DNA of 64,000 nucleotides from Lama glama (Eukaryota), in the NCBI GenBank assembly GCA_028534125.1, contig CM052816.1:57228001-57292000 (forward strand), written 5' to 3'. Position numbers and translations under genes: made by a program. The notes under the pieces are model-generated. The model was given only the letters and a program-made list of their open reading frames with translations, was not told the DNA's origin and searched no databases. Numbering within the stretch: position 1 is the first letter of the stretch; each line of letters opens with the position of its first letter. Of the stretch, positions 22,801-37,800 are shown piece after piece.

Positions 22801-25800
22801 ATATTCATTGCTCTGATTACTACTGACACAGAGCATCTTTCCATCAGTTATCTATCTATTGAGTTATTCATCTTTTAGCTACTAATTTATACAGGCTTTT
22901 TGAAATAAGCCTTTTGGTTTAACTTATATTACAAATAATTTTCTCTCAGATTAAGTACTGATTCTTTTTAAGGGTTTGTGTGTTTTAACCAAATATCTTA
23001 TACACACGTATTTATTTTTGCCTCAAGTATCTCATTTTATTGCATGGCTTCTGGGTTTTTAATTATACTTAGGTCTTCTACACTTCAAGATTAAAGTATG
23101 TAATAAATATATATTATACATATATGCAACACACGTGCATATATTCCTATAGATAATACAATATATTCACCATGCTTTATTTTAGTATCTTTACAGCTTC
23201 ATTTATTATTAAACCTTTGATACATGCAGGTTTTAGTTTTCGTTAAATGTCTGAGTTAGGGATTCAGCTGAATCTTCCCCCAAATCTCTAGCCTGCTGCC
23301 CCAATATTACCTTTTAAAAAATTCATTATTTCTACATTGCCTTGAAATGTTACTCTGTCATATGATCCATTTTCCATTTATTCTTCGATCTATTTCTGGA
23401 TGCTCTAATCTATTGCATTCATCTGGCCATCTATTGTTGTGCCAGTCTCTATTTTAAAAACTGTTGGCTTATACTGTTTTCCCATTAAACTAAACATTAC
23501 TCCACATTACTGTTTAAAACACTTCTTAATTTTCCAAGCTTTACTCTTCCTGAGAACTTGAAAATTACTGTCAAGTCTCCAGACACACATAGCGCTCCAC
23601 TAAGTTCTGATCAGGATCACACTAAATTTATAAGCTAATTTAGAAACAGCTAAGCTTTATTACAACATGAGTCTTCTTTTAAATAAAGTATGCCTTTCTA
23701 ACTATACTCAAGTCAGTAGAGATTGTGCTGTTTCTTCTTAGTTAAAATTTTTTTGTTTTGTGTTCACTGTGGCTACAGGAATGGATGCAGTAACATCTTT
23801 TTTTAAAAAAAAGTTTTTTTTTTGAAGTGAAGTATAAGTGACATTACATTATATTAGTTTCAGGTGTACAGCACAGATTTGATATTTATATACATTGTGA
23901 AATAATCACCACAATATGTCTAGTTTACCTGTCACCATATATAGCTACAAAAATTTTTCCTGTGATGAGAACTTTTAAAATACACTCTTAGCAACTCTGA
24001 AATATGTAATACAGTATTATTAACCTTGTCATATTGTACATAACATCCCCATGACTTATTTACTTTGTAACTGCAAGTTTGTAACTCTTGACCCCTTTCA
24101 CACATAACACCCACCCCTAACCCCCTGCCCTCTAGCAATCACCAGTCTGTTCTCTGTATCTCTTCCATCCAAGTACTAACCAGGCCCGACCCTGCTTAGC
24201 TTCCAAGATGAGATGAGATCGGGTGCATTCAGGGTGGTATGGCTGTAGACTGTTCTCTGTATCTCTGAGCTTGGTCCGGTTGGTTTGATTTTCAGATTCC
24301 ACATATACGTGAGATCATGTCTTCTATCTTCCTTCGTCTGACTCATCTCATCTCACTTAGCATAATATTCTCAAGGTCTATCCATATTATCACAAATAGC
24401 AAGATTTCATTTTTCGTGACTGAATAGTATTCGTGTGTGTGTGTGTGTGTATGTGTGTGTGTGTGAAATCTTTATCCATTCATTTATCAATATTTTTTTT
24501 TTTGCAGGATCCAGCTTTAATAAATTTGAACACAAGACACAGGTTCCCAGGTGTACATAAATATATGTCCATTTTACAGTTGCTTTTTGCTTCTTCCATC
24601 TCTTAATTCTTTTGGACAGGCATGAAAGAATGTTCAAACTCTTGTTCAACAAGAACTTCTTTAATAGAGCCTAATGGTCTTTTGTTGCCTCCTAGATCTT
24701 GGTGAGGTTTTTACAGTTGTTCTGTATCTTGGCTACTATAAATAATGCTGTGATGAACATGGGGATGCAAGTATCTTTTCAAATTAGTGTTTTCATTTTC
24801 TTTGGATAATTACCCAGAAGTGAAATCATATGGTAGTTCTATTTTTAACTTTTTGAGGAACCTCCATACTGTTTCCATAGTAGTTTTATCAGTTTATATT
24901 CTCATCAACAGTACACAAGGGCTCCCCTTTATCCACATCCTTATCTTTCTGTTAACAGGCATCTAACAGGTGTGAGATGATAGCTTATTGTGGTTTTGAT
25001 TCACATTTCCTGATGATTAGTGATACTGAACAACTTTTTATGTACCTTTTAGCCATCTGTATGTCTTCTTGGAAAAATGTCTATTCAGATCCTCTGTCCA
25101 TTTTTAAAATCTGACTCTTTTGGAACTGAGTTGTACACTCTTCATATATTTTGGATATTGACCCCTTATCAGATATAGCATGTGCAAATAATCTCCCATT
25201 CAGTACATTGCCTTTGCATTTTGTTGATGATGTTCTTTGCTGTGCAGAAGCTTTTCAGTTTGATATGATCCTGTTTGTTTATTTTTGCTTTTGTTGTCTT
25301 TGCTTCTGGAGTCAAATCCAAAAAATCATTACCAAGGTTGATGTCAAGCAGCCTACCTTCTATGTTTTCTACTACGAGTTTTAGGGTTTCAGGTTTTGCA
25401 TTCAGGTCTTCAATCCATTTTGAGTCAATTTTTGTGTATGGTGTAAAATAGCAGTCTAGCTTCATTCTTTTGATTGTGGTTAGTTTTCCCAACACTATTT
25501 ATTGAAGAGACTGTCCTTTCCCCAATGTGTATTTATTGGCTTCTTTGTCATAAATCAATTGAGCATGTATGTGTGGTTTTACTTCTGAACTCTCTATTCT
25601 GTTCCACTGATCAATTGTCTATTTTTTGCTAATACCATAATGTCTTGATTACTATACCTGTGTCATGTAGTTTGAAATCAGGAAGCTTGATGCTTCTAGC
25701 TTTGTTGTTTTCTCAAGATTGCTTTAGCTATTTGGGGTCTTTTGTGGTTCCATATAAATTTTAGGATAGTTTTATTTCTGTGCAAAATTGCCACTGGAAT

Positions 25801-28800
25801 TTTAATAGGTATTGCATTAAATCTGTGACTGTCTTGGGTACTATGGACATTTAAACAATTTTAATTCTATTAATGAGAAAATATTTTTTCATTTAGTTGT
25901 GTCTTCAATTTCTTTCATCACTGTCTTACAGTTTTCAGTGTACAGGTCTTTCACTTCCTTGGTTAAATTTATTCCTAAGTATTTTACTCTTTTTGATGCT
26001 AGCTACTGTAAATGGGATTTTTTTTAATTTCTCTGCTAGTTCATTATTAGTGTATAGAAACACAACAGATTTTTTAATGTATTTTGTATCCTGCAACATT
26101 ACTGAATTCATTTATTACTCAGTATTATTCCATTTATTCATTTATTATTCAGTATTTTAAGTTTTGGGGGGAGGAGGTAGGGGAGTCTAAAGATTTTCTA
26201 CATATATGCGTCATCTGCAAATAGTGAAAATTTTACTTCTTTCTAATTTGGGTGCCTTTTCTTTTTCTTGTCTAATTGGTCTGGCTAGAACTTTCAGTAC
26301 TATGTTGAATAAAAGTGGTGAGAGTAGGCATCCTTGTCTTATTCCTCATCTTAGAGGAAAAGCTGAAAGCTTTTCACCACTGAGCATGATGTTAGCTATG
26401 GACTTGTCATAAATGACATTTATTATGTTGATGTATGTCCCCTCTACACCCACCCTGTTGGGAGCTTCTATCATAAGTGGATGTTGAATTTTGTCAAATG
26501 TTTTTCCTGGATCCAATGAGATGATCATAGGATTTCCATCTTCGTTAATGTGGTATATCATGTTGATTGATTTCTGGATGTCACCAGCCTTGTATCCCTG
26601 GAATAAATCCCACTTGATCATGGTGTATGGTCCTTTTAATGTATTGTTAAATGTGATCTGCTTATATTTTGTTAAGGGTTTTTGTGTCTGTGTTCAACAG
26701 GGATATTGGCCAGTAATTTTTTCTTGTAGTGTCCTTGTCTGGTTTTAGTATCAGGGTGATAATGCTGGTCTCATGACTTTGGAAGTGTTCCCTCCTTTTC
26801 TATTTTTCTGAATGAGTTTGAGTTTGAGAACTGGTATTCTTTTAATGTCTGGTAGGATTTTGTAATGAAGCTGATTGGTCCTGGACTTCTGTTTGTTGGG
26901 AGGTTTCTGATTGCTGACTCACCCTGCTCACTACTAATTGGTCTTTTCAGATATTCTACTACTTCATGATTCAATATTAGAAAGCTGGTTGTATGTTCCT
27001 AGAAATTTATCCATTTATTGTAGGTTGTCCAATTTGTTGGCATATAATTGTTCACAGCAGTCTCTTAACAATTCTCTGTAGTTCAGCGATATTAGTCTTA
27101 TCAGTTCTTCTTTCATTTCTAATTTTATTTGAGCCTTCTTTTTTTCTTGGTGAGTCTACATAAGTTTGTCAATTTTATCTTTTCAAAGAACTAACTCCTA
27201 GCTTCATTGATCTTTTCAGTCCCTATTTATTTCTGCTCTGTTATTACCTCCCTTCTACTAATTTCCGGCCTTGTTTGCTCTTCTTTTTCTAGTTCCTTAA
27301 AGTGTAAAGTTAAGTTGTTTATCTGAGAATTTTCTTACTCGACTTTACTGCCTTGTTCCCCAGAGAAGGTCTGGGTTTGTGCGTTCCATCCAGACACTAG
27401 GCTACCATGCTGGGGGGTGAGGCTTACAGTGAGACCCTGTCTCAGCCCCTACTCCTCATCTCAGTGCAGCCCTTTTCTCATTTGCTGATGTGAAGGAGCT
27501 GTTTAGCTTTACTTTAAGGTCTTTTTCAGAGGGACCTGTTCCACATGCAGCTGTAGATCTGGTGTGTCCATGAGAGAAGGTGAGTTCAGGATCTCTCTAT
27601 GTTGCCATCTTGGACAGCCTCTCCAGCTCTAATTTAGTTTTTTTAAATTTGTGAATATTTTTCTCTATTAGTTTTCCTAACTGGTTGTTTTAAAAGCTGT
27701 TAATTTTTGTATTAATTTTTAAAGTGATCACTTTACTAAATTCCCTTATATCAGTTTTTCAGTTGATTCTCTTGTGCCTTCTAGAAATATATCACCTATA
27801 ATTAATAATTTTTGTTCCTCTTTTCCAATATTTCTCACCATTTATTTTATTCTCGTCTTAAGTGTACTAACACATCCAGAAAAATCTTATACACACTAAC
27901 AGGAATAAAGGGCGTCTTTGCCATTCCTGAGTTTGAATGCTTTAGATGTTTCACTATTAAGACTAATGTGCTGGACTTTTCAGGTTAAGGACATATTCAT
28001 ACATTTATATTTACTCAGTATTTTAATCGGTAATAGATGGTGAATTTGATCAAATTGGTCAAAATCTCCAACGCATTGCTGGAATGAACTTCATTCGGCC
28101 ATGACATATTATTCATTTAATGATCTGCAAGACTCTATTTGTTAATATTTTAATAAGGATTTTTATAATGGTATAACACTTACCTGATACTTTAATACAT
28201 CTACATTATAATAAGAAGCAGCTGGATTTTGCTCTGACAGCTTCTTGAGGTAGACAGTAACAGCTTGCATGTTCATCCAGAAATCTTTTGTGTTAGAATC
28301 ACACTGTGATGGATCACTGTATGTATAAGAAATATTTTCATTATTTTATTTGAGTTGTCTTTATCCTTTGTCTCTGTGTAGGAATTTGGTGATGTGGGAA
28401 AGACTAGTAGAAATTAACCAAAAGATGAAAATGAGGGAAAACTAAAATTAGAGGATAAAGAATGGAATACAGCAAAAGGTTGCCTAAAAGATGAGATGTA
28501 CAGTAGAGAAGGGCTTAACAGTAACTACTACCACCACAAGCACAAACAAAAGACAGCAGAAGCCTATTTAATCATAATTTTGGTATTGTCTTCAAGTTGA
28601 ATTATTATTGATTTGAAGAAGGAAAAAATGTCTTAAAAAGAAATTTTACCTTCAGAACAAAAGTACACAAACCTGAACACAAGCTGTGCATTTGGAAGAA
28701 TTTGCTCTAGTCTGCTGATATTTTTCACCCTGAAGCAGAGCACAGCTGGAGATGGATTGCTAGTGAAGACTTTAATAACTCCACTTGGAAATGATATTGT

Positions 28801-31800
28801 CATGTCACCAGTGATCTTCACAATACACCTGGAAGTGTGGGTTTTGAAAAATTTAAACCATTTAAATAAGGCATTTTAATCTCCATTTAAAGCATATTTG
28901 GTTTAAAAACTGCTTTATTTATATACATAACCTTTATCATAATTACAGATGAATTATTTTTTCAGTTTAATTATTAAAAATGATTCTATGTGAAATGACA
29001 TACTCCTCTAATACCAGTTTTTCCTAGAATTAAATTCCAAACACAAATGCAAGCATACTGAAAATATTCCTTCACTTGTTTGCTGAAACCATCCCCTGGC
29101 TGCCTCGTAAGGACACTGTTTCCCTGGTACCACTACCTGTAGCTGTAGCTGTCTTTCCCTCCAAACTCCACAAAGTGTACTGGGCCTGATGGTAGCAGTG
29201 GTAGATGTCCTCCTTGCTTCTCACTGCCTCTTACAGCCCTGTATTCCTGCTTCCTTCTGAAAACCACCAGCTTCTTTTTGAAACTCACATCATCAGATTA
29301 TACTATTATCTCAACCCTTCAAGTCATCTTCAATGTTCCCTCTCATTTTCTGCAAATTTTAGCTCCTGGCCCACTGTCAGTCTCTGCAACACTACACCTA
29401 TTATAAATGTTTAGTGATTTCATTATCCACACAGATAATCCTTTCAATGCTTTGGTCACTCAGTTCTTCAGTCCCTTTCCTCCAATGATCCTGTCTCCCA
29501 GCCTACCTCAGCCATGCTTCAGCCCCTCCATAATTTAAATCTCAGATTCCCCACTCTTCTAATTGTCATTTCCTATTTCTTCAACTCATTCTGTCTAGTA
29601 CTACAGCCAACCGCATCAAAAACCTCAATAATCCATTGTTCCTACCACCATTTTTTTTTAACTAACTCTTCCTTCATAATCCATACACCCTCCTATCTTG
29701 GGACTTCATGGTCCATCATTATATGTACTCCTTTGCATAAGTTCTCCCTTGGTTCTCTTTCACTTGACTATGTTTGCTTGGCTAAACACAATCTTGGTTA
29801 AACCCAGCTTCTCACCTACATCTTATACCACTGAACATGAGTAGAGAAAAACATAACCATACAGCCAAAACTCTCAATAGGGCCCCCTTAGTATTACCTG
29901 GAAATTCTACTATATTCCCTAGCTCTTTGCATACCTTCTCCTTTCTTGTCTAACTCTAACCTGCAAAATCCCTCCCCTCCACTCCCCACCTTGGCAACCA
30001 ATGACTTTCCTTTAAATTTTACAGAGAAAATAAAATACTACCCTCACTAGTAAAATCCTAATCTCCCTGACTCAGAAGGCATTCATACCTTCTGCCTTCC
30101 CTCCTATTTCAACAGAATCAGTCTCTACACCTAAGGCCAATCCTATCCCTTCTGCACTGAAGCACATCTCTTACATAGTAAAGGACTTCACTCATGTAAT
30201 TGTCCTCTTTCCTGCAGATTCAATTTTTTCTATAAATACTGGATCGTTCCTATTAGCATACAGACATGCTGAAATGTATATTATCTTTAAAAAACACAAA
30301 AACTAAAATTAATTTAAAAAAACTTCCTCTAATTCTGCCAGCTCTCTCCTGCTACCAACCCAATTTCTCTGCTTCCACTTAGAGCAAAATATCCTAAAAT
30401 AACTGCTTAACATTTGCTCTCTCCAAATGCAGTTGTCTGTATTTGCACCATCTCCTGCTCCTGAGCTCCCTCCAAGCAGGCTTTCATCACAACTCCATTA
30501 AAACTGCTCTTGTGAAGGTCATTAATGATCCATTTTTCTTGACCTGACAACATCAGATAGAGATAGCTTCACACCTTCCTTCATGAAAAGGTTTATTCAC
30601 TTAGTTTCTAGGATACTAGTCTACTGGTCTTCTCATCTCTCTTGTTGCATGCTGTCCCAGACCCTATTGTTGGATCATTCTCGTTTTCCTGTTTTTAAAC
30701 ACTGAAGGGGGCCAGGGACTTAGTTCTCATCAGATTTCTTCTCTGTCCCCTAATGCTCCCAGCTTTAAATATCATACACAAATTAATGACTACTAAGTAT
30801 TTTCTTTCTAGCCTGACCTATCTACGAATTCCAGAATCATATACTCACTTATCATCAACTCAGCATGTCCACTAAGTTGTCTTAAGTACTTCAAATTTAG
30901 CAATCTACTCTCTCGACAAATTTTGACAACTCTGTTTTCAAAATATCTTCAGAATCTCATTACTACTCACCATCTCCTCTGCTAATACCCTTACACACCA
31001 TCATCTCGCATCTGGACCTTAGTAGTTAATCCTTTCTCACTGCATCTACTCTGGCGCCTTTTAGTTTATTCTCCATATAGCAAGCAAAGTGCTACTTCAA
31101 AAATGTAAGTAACCACATACCTCCTCGACTCAAAAGTCTCCACTGGCTTCCCACCTCACTCAGAAGTTTCTTAAATATGCCAAGCATGCTTCTACCTCAA
31201 TTCTTTACAACACCTGCTGGAATGCTCTTCCCTCAGGTATCTGCATGGCTTGGTCCTCCCTCAGTGTCTTTCAAACATCTGCTTCAATCAGCCTCAGGAA
31301 GTTTACTCTGATCACTCTATCTAAAATAGTAGCGCTCTATTGTAACTGTCTATCCCCTTACCCTGGTTTATTTTCTTCAGGACATACTCACTTTTTGAGT
31401 AACATTATTCCTTCAACATACATTCATTCATCAAATATCTGAGTGCTTACTATGTATAAGACTGTTGTAAGTGCTGAGAATACTTAAGTAAACAAAAGTT
31501 CTCTACAGAATTTAAATTATCTTGAGAAAACTAAAACTTTCTCTCACAACAGTGCAAGCTTATAATAGTCTTACACATAGTCAGCATTCAAATATTTGAT
31601 GAATACTGTTATACATGAAAAATAAGGGTGATCATTTCACCCAAATATAATGTCTTATAAGAAGGAGGTTAACCAATCCTTTGAGAGTCTCCTGCATTAA
31701 ATGTGCATTCTAGGTCTCTCCTGCAAACATCACACTTTCACCAAAGATATACTTTAGGCCAAGATCCAGAGTTCTGTCCTCACCAGGTCAACTGCCATAT

Positions 31801-34800
31801 CCTGCTCTACAGATATGTCAAACAATAGATGTGTCATACTGGTCATAAAGCCTGGGCAAAAATGTAGATAAACAGAAAAAGCCATCACTACTGATGATTA
31901 CAGTGATTTCTTAAATTTGAAAGACAATCTCTAAATGACTATATTTGATAGCAAAAAGCAAGCAGACAAGTAATAGGAAGCTCTAACCTATAGAGAATCA
32001 ACATATAAATCTTAAAATTTACCACCAATCCCCCCCACAACACACACACACACCACAGACATATATGTAATCTTTTAAAAACTAACTTGGTGGGATCTGC
32101 TCCTTTAAAGTAGGCATTAACAGATTCTGTAAGGGCGACTGCCACAGGTAAGGTGTCCTGATTCCCGAGGCTGACAGGACTGGGACCTCGTGACACACCT
32201 AGAATAAATACAATTCATTTGTTAAATCCTATAGAAAGACATTTATTAAATACCAAGACAAGTAGATTCAAAATTTTAGCTTGTCACAAATGACTATCAC
32301 TGGTTTCAAAGATGCCCCAAGTATAAATCTGGAGGTATAAAGCATAAAACAAACTGGACAAATTAAAAAAACCAGGAAAACATGTCACACTGACTTTAGT
32401 TTTAAATGTGATGACAGAGAAGGGCTGGGTTAAGGAAATGTCAGAAGGAAAAAGCCCTTCACTTGAAGAGCTAAAAGTACTAAAATGTGGCTTCAAAACC
32501 ATTCAGATACTAAATTCTTTCAGGTTCTACCAATCACATACTTATAGTCATTAAACTGGATTTTTCTATTTAAGCTATTTCTATCCATTAGCTATTTCCA
32601 ATGTGATCATACACTGCTCTTTCTTACTATAATTCTTTTACCTCTTCTTTGTCCAATGCTTGTATTATATTCCCATATTACCTTTCCTTGATAAATATGA
32701 GTAGTAAGATTATTTTGGCGTAACATTCCTGACATAAAGTTCACTAAGATACCTTTAGAGTCAAATCATATAAAGATTAATGTTTTCAAAGCATAATAAA
32801 ATGTAAACAAATTTAATCTATGTGTGTGTTCAGGTGTGTTTTTTAAAAACCTAAACAAAGTATCTGGTTTACTTCATAACAGAAAAACCCCTCAAAGTAA
32901 TGTATTGCCTTTCTTTTTCTTTATAAATGTACCCTTCCCTTTTATGTCTTACCATTACTGTTACTGATTGGAAAGTGCAGCATTTCATTTAATATATAAT
33001 ATATGATGAAATTTTGTTTAAAAAGTCAATAGGATAGTTAATTATGATTATTCATTCTTAAAAAAATGAAAAATCTAGGTCAAGATATAGCTCTGAAATT
33101 TGAATGTATGCTTTTGTTATATAAATGCCACACAAGGTTCATAGCCATCAGGTATTTTCATTTCAGACATGACTGCCCATAGGGGAATTACTGAATTACT
33201 TTTGAGACACGTAGAGTACTACTTCTGACAAAAATCAGTATTAGCCTTCTCGGCTTCACAACTAAACCTGGGATACTAAAAATAGTGAGAAAGAGCTTTT
33301 GTTAGCTTAAGAGGCCAGGAAGACTTTGTAACAGTCAAGATTTTGAAGAATTTTGATTTAGAAGATTCTTCATAGTTTAAAAAAAAAAGAAAAGAAAAAA
33401 GGGTTCAGTGATTAAATATATATGGAAACAGAACTGCTGTTTCTAGGCCACTGGGAAAAGTAAAACCCTCTCAAGACAACTTAAAATTTTGTATGAAAAT
33501 AAACTCGACATAAAAATTTATTCACAAGATCACAACAGCTACTGTTTACTGACCACTAATATATGTCAGACACTCTGCCAAAGAGTCGTCAAAGAAATGG
33601 TGCCTTTTGGAACCACATGTAGTTTTGCAAAGTGGGAACATACTTTGTGGGTGAGGCATGGGCTGCAGTGACGAAAGGACATAAAAGTATGGAGAAGTAC
33701 TTACGACCCAGATCAAGGCATGGAGGACCTTTAATTTTATCCTTTTGGCACTAAAAGCCACTGAAAATGTTTAAGAGAAACATGATTATGTTTTTCACTT
33801 AGTAAGATCACAGAGTAGGTCCTGGATTGAAGAGAATAATGACTTGGCAGGGATTCAGGTTTTGATCAGGTGAGAGATGATTAAGTGAAAAACAAGCTTC
33901 ATCAAGAGGCAGTAGTTTCTAGCATATGTTATTGCAATTATGTAAATACACGATTGTGCACTGGGAAAATTTCACTGTAAATCTATTAGTTCAGTAAACT
34001 TAAAAAATATACTGTTCTAGAGGGTCACTAGAAATTCAGGAAAGCATATTTTCAGAGAAAGATGAAGGATATAATATTTCATTAGAGAAAATTGTATTCT
34101 CTTAAATATAAAATTAAACTTTTCCCCTAACCTACAAAATGGGTATTTACACACATTTATGGGTAACATTAATGTCTGCTACTGCTTTGACATTAAAAAT
34201 CGAAAGAAACCTAGAGTTATTCTTTTCTGTTATTCAATTTGGGCATATAAAATGCGAATTCTTGACATTGTTTCCCTTTAAACTGTTAAGCCCATTATTG
34301 AAACATGGGAAGAAGAAAAAAGTATGGAAAAGTTAAGAAAAAAATATCCACTTACCATACTTAACATTTTGGCATACCCCCTTTTCTATTTTCCATTTTT
34401 GTTTCCAAGATATTACATATGCATACTTCAAAAAAAAATCTGACATAGGAAACTGTACTTAAGTCCCTTAAAAAAAAAAGTCTAAATTTGTACTGTATTA
34501 TTCAGAATAACTCATTTCTTAGAAATAATAAATTCCTTGGATATTTTTTATAAGGATAGCATGCATTCTAACTTGTTTAATTGTTGCATATTTAAACACT
34601 GCAAGTGTTTTGAAAATGCAGAGAGATAAAGCTGAAATATAGGGTAACTTCCTTTGTAACAATCAATGAATATTTCTGTGGAATTCCTCTCAACTCAGGA
34701 GTAAAAAAGAGGGGCTCACTCCCAAATATTTTCTACCTCTGTGCCTCTAACTTCAGATCACTGTATGTATGGTTTAGTATAACAGCTTTTGCTCTGGTGG

Positions 34801-37800
34801 TTTCTGTGTTATAGTTTTTTTTTTCTTTAACTGACATACTCTTCTTTCCTAACCACTTTTACTCTGCTTCTGAAAGCTTTAGAGGTAAGATTTATTGATA
34901 CTTAATGTTGAGGGGAGAAGAGCAGGGAGATGGAAGATAATGCAAAAATACTGTACATTTTTATAATTTATCCAATGATATCAATGGATCTTGTATAGAA
35001 ACTGGACATAATTAGTACAAAATTGACAGTTAAACCTTAGAGTTATTCTTATTTCTGAGACACTGTACATTGCTGGAAAAAGAAAAATTAAGTAACAGAG
35101 TATTTTAGATACACTTTAGGATCATTAGTCAACACATACATTTGCTTTTGATACAATACCTTGTGAAGTTTCACAGTGCTTTTCAATTTCAGAGAGAGTC
35201 CCAATCAAATTATCATCTTCTATCACATTTAAATAAAACAAAATATTGCAGGAAAAGAAAATACTTTCAAGAAACAAAAAGAATCAAAAGCTTAAATCTG
35301 AACAGGGAGCTGAATAAACGTCACAACAAAGAACTTTTGAGGTAGATTTAAAGAGACTTTGTTGTACAAAATCCACATTACATCCTGCCTGCCTGTATCA
35401 TCACTGTCACCTACTTGTGGTTCTCCTATTGCCAGCATTGACCCAAAACTAAAAACAAGTATCTATCAATTTAATCAAAGTTAAAGTTCCCATCACAAAA
35501 AGAAAACTTTCCAAATAATCTAGAGATAACGGGAAAGGACTAAAGCAATTCTGTTTACCCAGACTACATGCCTGATTTCTAACAGGACCCATGTGTTTTT
35601 TAAGACTTACTGGATATATTTACACAAAGTTGAAAGATGGGAAAACCAGTAATGTTCACAAAACTATATGACAGTAACATCATGTTTAGACATTTAGAAA
35701 TCAAATCATGTTTATCTCATTTTAGCCAATACTACTCATGCCATTTTTACAATGGCTACACACAGAAGATGCATTTCTTTGTGTGTGTACTAACAAATCA
35801 AATTGGGTATAATTAAAGCAGCTAAATTAAGACTGTGATTCTCAAACTTAACATGCATCAGAATTGCCTGGAAGGCCTGTTCAAAGACTGCTAGCCTCAC
35901 TCCAGAGCTTCTGACCTAGAAGGCCTGCATTTCTAATCAGTTCTCAGGTGATGCAGACAGATGCTGCAGGTCCAAGGACCACACTTTCTGCACTGCTGAA
36001 TTATGCTCAGTTAGTGCAAACCAGTAATTTTTATTATCAAAGATTAACTATTTACTACTGAGAAACAGCAATGGGGACAATTATAATTCTTATGACAGGT
36101 TGTTGCTCCTGAAATACAGCTTCTCTGTTTAAGTGGCTTTGTGCTTTGTATATTATATTAGCAGTGGGTAAGAAAAATGGTGAGAATTTGTGTAAAGAAT
36201 TGAATAAAACTGATGACAGAAAAAACTCGAGCAAAATCTAGATATAAAATAATCAGTTTGTTTGGTGAAGTTTAGGTTTACAGTTATGCCTTAATATCTA
36301 GTTTTAAATCTGTATGATTTAAATTCTTATAGAAAAAATAAATTGATTGCAAGCACAAAACCCCTTTTATTGAATCAGTTGCTTTTAAAACAAATTTTCT
36401 TAGGAATCCAAGTATCAATTCACAGTAGAAAGGACTGCATCGTATTTTGCCTTCAACTATTTATACTGGTCAGTAGTTTATAAATTTAATGCATTCTTAA
36501 CAGTGCTAACCATGGTTAAAATTCTCTCCAGATAATACACAATGTGAAAGAGAAGGAAAATGTGGCTAGTTTGATAATGCCAGGTATGTTTCCAAAAAAC
36601 CAAAATGTTTAATGTTTAATTCTTCACTAGCCCATTAAAAAAAAAAGCCTCAGCCTGATCATATTTTGGATGCTAACTTTCCCATGTAATCGATGATAAT
36701 CACTTACCTACTGTTGGAGTATTGGCAGCACTTAATGAAGCAGAAGACGAGATAGAGGAAGAACTTTCTGCCCGGGCTAATGGAGCAGCAGGAGGTGGGC
36801 TGGTACTAGACGTTACAGGTGGGCTGAATGGCCTGGGCTTAAGAGCAAAATATTATGTACCAAAATGCTAAACAATTCCCCTCTTCTCAGAAAAGATTCT
36901 GAAGTATCAAGTAAGATTAATTTTAACATACTAAACCAACTTTATTGTGTTTCTTACAACCCACAGAGATGCCATATGTCAGTCATTTTCAAGAATATAT
37001 TAAAAGCTGAAATGGCTATTTTAAAATAATGCTGTTTAGAGAATCTTGGTATATAAAATATTTTCTGTATTTCCAAAAGTATGCTTAAGACACATTCTCA
37101 GAAGTTAAATTATTAAACAATGTGAAGGCTTCTCATACACACTGCAAAACTGCTTCCCTTTTGGGTTACTCACTTTACTGCCTATAAAAAAATATTTCTC
37201 TGGATTCTTGCCAGCAATAAATGGATGAGCCTTAGGAGAAGGAAAAATAATAAAATTTTAAAACTTGTAGCTAATTTAATAGATAAAAATAAAATTGGCA
37301 TTTCCCTTTTATGAATTGTCTATATTAGCTTTGTCTTACTGAGTCTGGGGACGACGTCTTAGTATTTATTACCCAAGCTTTCACTAACCCTTTTCTTTAA
37401 TGTAAATATTTTCTTCCTAAATATTGCTTGCCCTTTACTTTTGGCATTTACACATCTGTCCACATTTTCTTTCATAATTCCTTGTTAATGCTTCCTCATT
37501 GAGAAAGTTCACCCCATTCAGAGATTTGAGAAAATCTTAATTCTACTATCTTCCTATTTTCTAGTTAAAAATTACAACAAATATACAAAATATGATTCCA
37601 ATCCATTTATCTTTTACTTTGGTGAATGGATTTTTTTCTTTCAAAATTCCTAATTGTTCCTGTAATGTGTTAGCAACACTTCCTGAGTTATTTCACTTTT
37701 TAAAATACGGACTATTGAGCTTAATTAAAAATAACCTTTTCCTGTTTGTAAAACTATTAAGTGAATGCAAATTTATTTAGGGCCTAGTATGTGTCATGTC

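Larger units (their letters stand above)
23798..27625 (-). mobile_element. Large degenerate L1 (3'UTR, ORF2 remnants, 5'-region fragment) inside an older L1
   Basis: Poly-T at ~23798-23823; ORF2 peptides ([26 protein letters not shown]); older L1-like sequence continues at ~22440-23780 and ~27630-28165. Confidence 0.9.

Noticed and set aside
6634..26974. ORF-track peptides with L1 ORF2 similarity as active retrotransposon genes
   Set aside because: Fragmented, truncated and frameshifted; no intact ORF1 or ORF2
35485..35545. Possible remnant of the SGIP1 SLVWFDRGKFYLTFE exon (GGAAAGTTTT core)
   Set aside because: No GT donor and weak similarity; cannot be supported without alignment
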